Part shown: piece by piece, positions 57,501 through 64,000 of the stretch
Layout: each line of letters begins with the position of its first letter
Numbering within the stretch: position 1 is the stretch's first letter
Assembly (NCBI GenBank): GCA_051362555.1
Contig: CM120640.1
Coordinates: 9,114,001 to 9,178,000 of the forward strand
DNA: 64,000 nt
Origin: Lingula anatina
Taxonomy: Eukaryota > Animalia > Brachiopoda
Direction: 5' to 3'
Notes under the pieces: model-generated
Databases searched by the model: none
What the model was told of the DNA's origin: nothing
The model's input: only the letters and a program-made list of their open reading frames with translations
Translations under genes and position numbers: made by a program

Positions 57501-60281
57501 AAAAGCCCTTTGACAATTCCTTTAGAAAATTACAATTTTGTTGACCTCCCACCAAACTGCATAAATGCAATGATGTCTTCTTATGATGTCATTATATCTT
57601 CTCTATCATGTCATCACACAAATTTTTTTCTTATTTTACAAGTTCATGCTAAATCATCTGTTTCAGCATTTAAGGGCATGTATTGGGTTGCATCATTTAT
57701 GTCTAGACACCGAGGCCTTGAACCTGAAAGCTGAAAGGGGCGTGAGAATGGGGTGGGGTGGGGGAGGGGGGACAAACAGATATTTGAAAAACCATGGTTA
57801 CTCAAGTTTTTCCTTGAAAAATTTTTACAAGTTATCTTTCTAAAGGATACTATACAAACCATGGACATGGGAAGGGACAGGAACACCCTGAAATACGTGT
57901 GTAATAAATTAGAAGAATGATACAAAGAAGAAGAATACGTACAATCCATGTATACTGCATACAACCAAGTGCTTTTAGAAGAGGCCAGACTGTCACTTCA
58001 CCTGGGTTACTTTCACACGGTCTTTGTCAGTGAAACATTGTCATGAAGTTTAAAACAAATCTCAATTTCAAATGAACAGGTATATACAGAATGACACTGT
58101 AACAGTAGCAGTTAACTAACAATACGTACCTCCTTGAAGACAGACCCTCAATCTAAATTTTACGACTTAAAACAAATGTCTTATCATCAAATAATTTTTC
58201 ATAGTCATTATTACAACTGTCAACACATATCTTTTTAGTCCTCTTATAATTGATTCAGTTTTCATAACTTTGATAATTTAACAATTTCAGCTCCTCTATG
58301 GCACCTCTGGCACCAGATTCTACTTTACTTCCAGCTAGAACTCTTGGAATTAACTACTTTGATTGATCCTAGATTTCAGCAAGGTACACTGCTTAGTTTT
58401 CCCATATAAAAGATCCGACAAACAGCGACCCTTGGCCATCTACTTACTGCTGAAGACAAACTGCAGTCCACAAAATTACCATCTGCTTCATTGAATGTCA
58501 AATCCCCAGCTATGGAACCTTTGGATGTAGCCAACTAAAACATTCAGTAATTATTTCTTAGAGGATTTGAATAATAATAATAATAATAATAATAATAGAA
58601 CATGGCAAAAAAAAAAAAAAACTGTTAAAGAAAGTGAGAAAAACTGAAAAAAAAATCCATTTGTAACTGGAGGGGGTCAATAACAGTTCAACTACTCCTT
58701 TGCTTCATTCTAATGATCTCTAATGACTTGATGGTCAGAAAAAAAAAATTCTAACTGATTGATGTTATACTTACCACATTAAGGCACCACCTTGGGACCT
58801 TCAACATACAAGATATGTTGTCAATTATTTCATCTACAACAGACTGTGTCCCAAATAGCTGTGTATCTTGATAGTACATGTCCCTATCAGAGGAAAATGT
58901 TTTCATAATTACCATGGAAACAGCCAACCGCACATAGGAACTACAGAGACTACATGCACATAAAGAATATTGATAATAACTTATCATAAATACCTAATAA
59001 ATAATAATACTAAGTTATTCACATGTTTTGCCACCATTTATTAATTTCTGTCCTACCTTTTGGTTGAGTATGTATTGGTCTTTACCAATAGGTGAATCAT
59101 AGACATCAGCTTCAAAGTAAGTGCTGAAGAGATAAAGTCTGTATTTAATGCTTAATTTAAAAGCATAGACATCAGGTTATGTGCTGAAACAAAGTGTATT
59201 AAAAAAGAAGCGCTCATTTCATCATTTAATAATTTCTACTTCCTTTCTCCTAACTGTAAATATGGAGGGTAATAAGGTTAATCTTACACACACACACACA
59301 CACACACTTCTCTAGCAGTGCTTTCTGCATAGGACTACTTACCAAATTTTGGTAAAGATACTGGGTTATCAAATCGTGTTGTACGACTCTTAGCTGCAGG
59401 TTTCATTTTAATACCCATTTCTTCTGAAAAGCTAATAAAATAGGTAAGTGATATGTCCCTTTTTTACCTTGTGAAGCAGCTTCAGCATATTGATTTTGAT
59501 ACTTTAAATTCATGAAAAACTTTTCAAATGTGGATGAGTTGCACAATAATTACACAGTATGATAACATTCCTTAATAATAATTCAAAGAAATATATCTCA
59601 ACTGATACAAAAGGAGCAGGATGAAAAACAAACCAATAAAATGAGTAGGAATTACATCTTTTTAAATAATTTTGTCAAACAATAAATACAATATCTATTA
59701 ATCCAATTTCAAATATTTTATATTTAAATACTGTGATATGAGTCAACACTACCTGGTGTTGTCCCATGAGGATCTGTCCTCATATACTAATACTGGTGGA
59801 TGTCCATGGCAGATATCTGTCAGTATCTGAAAAGTGCAGTCTTCTATTGCTCGCAGGATACTGGATCTAAATATTGAACACAATTATTGTAATCTTTCTC
59901 TCGCTCTCTCTCCCTCACTCTCTGTGCATGTGTGGGCGTTTGTCAAGTGCATGTGCATGTATAAGTCTAAACTTCAGTCTCGGTCATTAATTTGCAACAC
60001 ATTTTAAATTCATTTATGTTTTAACTTAGATCAAAGTCTCTAGACTGCTATCAAAATCAATTAATTTGGTAGTTAATTTATGATTTTTGATGTTTTTACA
60101 AGGCAGCCAAATTAAAAAGCTATATTATAGAGCTGAGGTAAATTTGGGAGTGAACATTGATCACAAAATTTAATTTGTAGGAAATAGGACAGACAATGAT
60201 CAACATAATTGACATATGACATATTTGAATTAAAAAAACACCGAAAACCAGACATGTATAAGGATGTGAATGTGTGTGTGT

Positions 60282-60312
<31 letters not shown>

Positions 60313-60576
60313 GGGGTATACTGCCTTACTCATAAATACCTCTGTCCGCAGGCGTAGGTAACACTAGATAGTGAAGAGGCATATATACAAAACACTGAAT
60401 CTCCCAGATGGAGTTGATATAATCTACCTGTCAATCTTTTGCTTCAGTGAATTTTCAGCTGATTTATCTAGTGAAGACAAAAACTTGTGGCGTAATTGTG
60501 AAATACGTTCACTTTCTAACAGAGTTCGTTGTAGTTCGTCTACTCTTTGCCAGAAGTTGCCGTCGCCTGCTGCCAT
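54509..60576 (-). CDS. SPO11: Meiotic recombination protein SPO11, about 402 aa, 13 exons
   Basis: Exons 60576-60428, 59866-59753, 59431-59343, 59123-59057, 58883-58775, 58534-58448, 57887-57851, 57227-57118, 56892-56793, 56639-56602, 55382-55306, 54980-54869, 54628-54509 (sum 1209 nt). Motifs: STKRDMYY (catalytic Tyr region), ATSKGSIAGDL, VLVVEKDATFQKLL, GKGFPDLNTR, VDGDPHGMEI, WIGILPSD, KAEIQ, YLPNKIRFGGWI*. Confidence 0.96.
55751..55975. mobile_element. MITE (PIF/Harbinger/Tourist-like), copy 2, in SPO11 intron 10
   Basis: Same family and orientation as 28105-28320; inverted termini; flanked by TAA at 55748-55750 and 55976-55978. Confidence 0.8.
57228..57850 (-). other. U12-type (minor spliceosome) GT-AG intron 7 of SPO11
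   Basis: Donor GTATCCTTTA (57850-57841); branch point TCCCTTAAC (57246-57238) about 10 nt before the AG; no long polypyrimidine tract. Confidence 0.9.
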
Positions 60577-60580
60577 GTTC

Positions 60581-60588
60581 CCGGAAGT
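60581..60588. promoter_or_regulatory. ETS-type site CCGGAAGT in CpG-rich SPO11 5' region
   Basis: Exact CCGGAAGT a few bases upstream of the SPO11 ATG; local CpG enrichment. Confidence 0.35.
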
Positions 60589-62673
60589 AATCGTCTGCTA
60601 CTGTAATTGCGGCAGTTGAGATTTTATCACATCCCAAAACAATGCGTTAAAGAGGTAAGTACGATGAAAACACAACTGCTGCAACGTTGATCTTAATAAA
60701 AACGCTTTCTTTGAAAAGAATTATGCCCAAACATATTTATTTTTCAATATCATTACGAGTTTAGGGCATTGACTTCACTCCTTGCATGATTAAATAAGTT
60801 TGGTACTTTCCACCAACACACAATTTTGATGTTGATTTATAAAGACTTTAGTATCTGTACTCCCCTAAAAGACGTTACTGGCATAGATATTCCCAATCAT
60901 CGATTCTTGAATGACAATTTACATTTTTTGCCACTTTCGGAAGGCAGATTTTTAAAACGCATTTGGAGGTTTTAATTTAAGAGTATGACTATATTTTTGA
61001 ACATCACATTCATGCCATGGGAGATGACCATGCGGCGTAATGACATTGCAGGGACATAATTTTAGAACGAGCAATTTCGAAGCCATTTGTCACAAATAAT
61101 GTACATTCTACTGATGTGATAACTAGTATTTTCTCCGATTATTTATGTTGGCCAAATACCCTATCTTAGAATTATTCATTTTTCACATCACATTTGATCA
61201 ATAACATACAGAAAGAAATCATACAACAATATTTGGTAATGACATCAATTTTATTTCCAGTACAAAAATGCCATTCCAACTACTTAGGCAATGTCACATA
61301 ATCTGCAACTACGTTTTTCCTATTCCACCTTTGGAAGGTAGAGAGCACAGCATTACATCTACATAGATTTATGTACACCAGGACTACATCTAATCTTCTG
61401 CTTTGAGGCACTCGTCATGGAAGCAAGTCAGGGTGTTAAATGCACTACACAAGTCAACTGCATGATGTTAGTCAGAAAATGAGAACAGCATTCCATATGG
61501 CCAGTGCCTCAAAGTTGAAAAAGTACCACATCTAAATTCTGGGACTAAATGTTGGTGCTTAACTGATTTTATCAAGATGCTTGCACTATGTCCTACAAAA
61601 AGCAGAGGTTTGTAAACTTTCAATTTGTCGTATATATGTATAAAGTAAAAATTTCACCACCTTGCTTTTATTACATGAAAATATGAAGCCCGACATAAAC
61701 ATTACATTTAATAACAATGACCTTTCAATCTGACATTTAAAATGCAACCAGGAGCAAGCTAATATAAACAAAAACAAGAAAGATATTCAGATAAAAAACT
61801 TTCTGTAGATTATAAGCCTCTTTTCAAAGGTTATGCCAAGTCTACATGTTTAAAATAACAAAATTAGCACATCTGTACAACTCGATTAGGAAGTTTGTCT
61901 TTTTTTTTTTTATACCATTTCAGTAATAAAAAGTTCACTCACAACTGCTTTGCTACCACAAAGTCACTGGCACTAAAGATACAGTGTTCTTGGCAATTTG
62001 GCGTATCTACTATTGATTTTCCTATATTGAGCAGCCTGTCTTGTACTTGCCAACTTACTAACCCTAAAAGCACTCCCCTGTCCTTACATAGCTTTGGTTA
62101 ATTGTTTCTAATAATTTTTAAAAGCCATGCAGTAAGAATATCCTTGCATTGAAAAATAACTCCAGAGTCCTATGCTCATTTCTCAAAAAAGGTTTCATTC
62201 ATCTTTTCCTTGATCAGCTCTTTTGAATAATATATATGTTAAAATGGTGAAATAAAAATCTTAAGCAAAATATAGATTCTCTCTCTGCTACACCACCAGT
62301 GATTAAAATGAGAGGTTTGGTTGAGTTTATGGTGTCTTTCCAAGACAGACGAAAAATGGTACATTCCTGCGCAAAGCTTTCACAACACCAGAACACTGGA
62401 AAGAAAGAAACTGGATGTTAGTAACCTTGTTTAATTCATATTATATCAAAAACTGACTTCATGAGATTAATCCATGTTTGACATTCAACTAAAAGTACAA
62501 GTTTTTAAAAGTTTCCAAGAAATCCCATTTTTCAAGTTGCAAAGCAAAAGAAAGAAGTAACATTAACGAAATCAAAAAGTGTATATTATCAATTTTCAAA
62601 TAATTGTTATTTTACATCATTTTCTTTCAGATTTCTTTTTTTCCTGTAAGTCTCACCTTACATCTCCACATCT

Positions 62674-63935
62674 TTAATCTGCTCCCACCTCCTCAGTGTC
62701 AGTCTTTATTTCTATTTTCTGTACTGTTCTATCTTGTGGAAGGTATTCAGATGTTACATTTGCGATAGCCTCAGCCAGCATCTGTGGAAAAACAAAGGGA
62801 AAAAGCTATAAAATATAGGAAGATGAAATTATTTAACTGACACCTTTTGTTTTAAAGTTATTTCTCTTTTGCAAGTGAATTATTATAAACAGACAAACTT
62901 ACCAAGTTAATCTTTGAGAAAGAACAAATAGGTTTTTAATCTTGGTTTAAGTGAAACAAAGATATCCATTTCCAAACCAAAACAAACACCAGATGGCAGC
63001 AGTTCCCAGAGGGCCATGTTACAATGAAAAGGAAGATACAGTGAGCAGCATCCATTCACCTTATCATGGTCCAGTTCCTCTCCCTCACTGGTGATAGTGA
63101 TCTTCCTCTGGATTGTGGTCTCCACAACACCATCACTCTCTGTTTTGTACTGGAAAACAAGCACAAAAAATACTAAATGTCTTTTTTTTTCTTTTTTCTC
63201 ACAGCAACACTGCTCATCTTGAGCACCATGCAATTATAATTTAGTGAAACCAATTAATTCCACTGGGCTAAATTCAGTATAGAAATAGATTGGGAGGTTA
63301 TCACTTCTTTTTAAAAACATACCCTTCAGCTGCACAACCTAGAAAATGAAAATTGTTTTTTTTTCTGTTATGACACAGGATCAACAACCTCCATGCCACT
63401 GTCACAAATAGATAGACTCCCAATGTGCAGTTTTCTTTCTCAAGGTGTCTTAGACAAGAGGATCAAACTGTGAACACGGAGCAAGAAAATGAGATGAGAG
63501 GATTTCACCATACAATGCAGAAAGAGTTACTTCACCTTGTGTGAGTCATATTTCATTTTCAGTAACCTTGCCAGTTTGAATCTTATGAAGACCACAATGA
63601 AATCTTTCGGATAACCTTTCATATGCTCATTTCCCCCCCCCCAAAAAATACATTCACTTCCTTCTTTTCTCTATTTGTGTATGGTTGGGAATGCTGGGAA
63701 AAAGAAAGATGGCCTCTACATCTCTTACCGTGGTTGTCTCTACTGTCTGACTTCGTGAAGCATGGGACTGAGAGGACACCAGCTCCCCGGGGAGGAGATC
63801 CCTTCCCCCGTCCCCTGAGCTGCTGTAAGTTACTGTACGGCTTTGTGTCTTTACAAGGGGAACATCAGTGGTACTGGTGGTTGTATGCTCAGCATTGGGA
63901 TCATATTTTACTCTTTCAGTTGGCACTGTTGGTGG
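62674..63935 (-). CDS. EPB41: 3' end of protein 4.1 / coracle (EPB41 family) gene, C-terminal domain; gene continues beyond the window
   Basis: Exons 63935-63729 (VPLVKTQSRTVTY..ELVSSQSHASRSQTVETTT), 63149-63060 (YKTESDGVVETTIQRKITITSEGEELDHDK), 62781-62674 (MLAEAIANVTSEYLPQDRTVQKIEIK..*). These match the 4.1 CTD pattern ETRIEKRI..DIDHDxALAxAI. Orthology to a specific vertebrate paralog is not implied. Confidence 0.88.
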
Positions 63936-64000
63936 CTAGAACAATACATGGATACCACTATATAAGGACTACTCTTCTCAGATAACTGTGTAATCCTATG

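Noticed and set aside
60266-60316. (TG)n followed by poly-G in SPO11 intron 1, and other G/C homopolymers
   Set aside because: Ordinary simple repeats scattered through the window; no evidence of function.
63536-63600. Possible extra protein 4.1 exon between 63729 and 63149
   Set aside because: The flanking exons already join in frame and give a continuous CTD; no convincing acceptor or homology.

Overview
AT-rich, intron-rich animal genomic DNA from an invertebrate bilaterian (lophotrochozoan/mollusc-like by inference), not a prokaryote, so most ORF-track entries are spurious or are exon fragments. By manual splicing, the window holds, in order: ROR receptor tyrosine kinase (+, 5' end not identified), ZGLP1 GATA-like factor (-), UBE2U-like E2 (+), FDX2 ferredoxin (-), CACHD1 (+), two secreted pacifastin/VWC-like Cys-rich precursors (-), SPO11 (-, 13 exons including one U12-type intron), and the 3' end of a protein 4.1/coracle gene (-). 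The main observation is that ROR-ZGLP1-UBE2U-FDX2-CACHD1 interleaves, in order and orientation, two human segments (ROR1-UBE2U-CACHD1 and ZGLP1-FDX2), so it looks like a surviving pre-genome-duplication gene block. Other observations: a hidden fourth-domain exon in one pacifastin-like gene, a 35-bp minisatellite that arose from the CACHD1 stop-codon region, a Helentron-like (HINE) element, and a TAA-flanked MITE in two copies. All exon coordinates were read by eye, and homology calls come from remembered motifs, not database searches.
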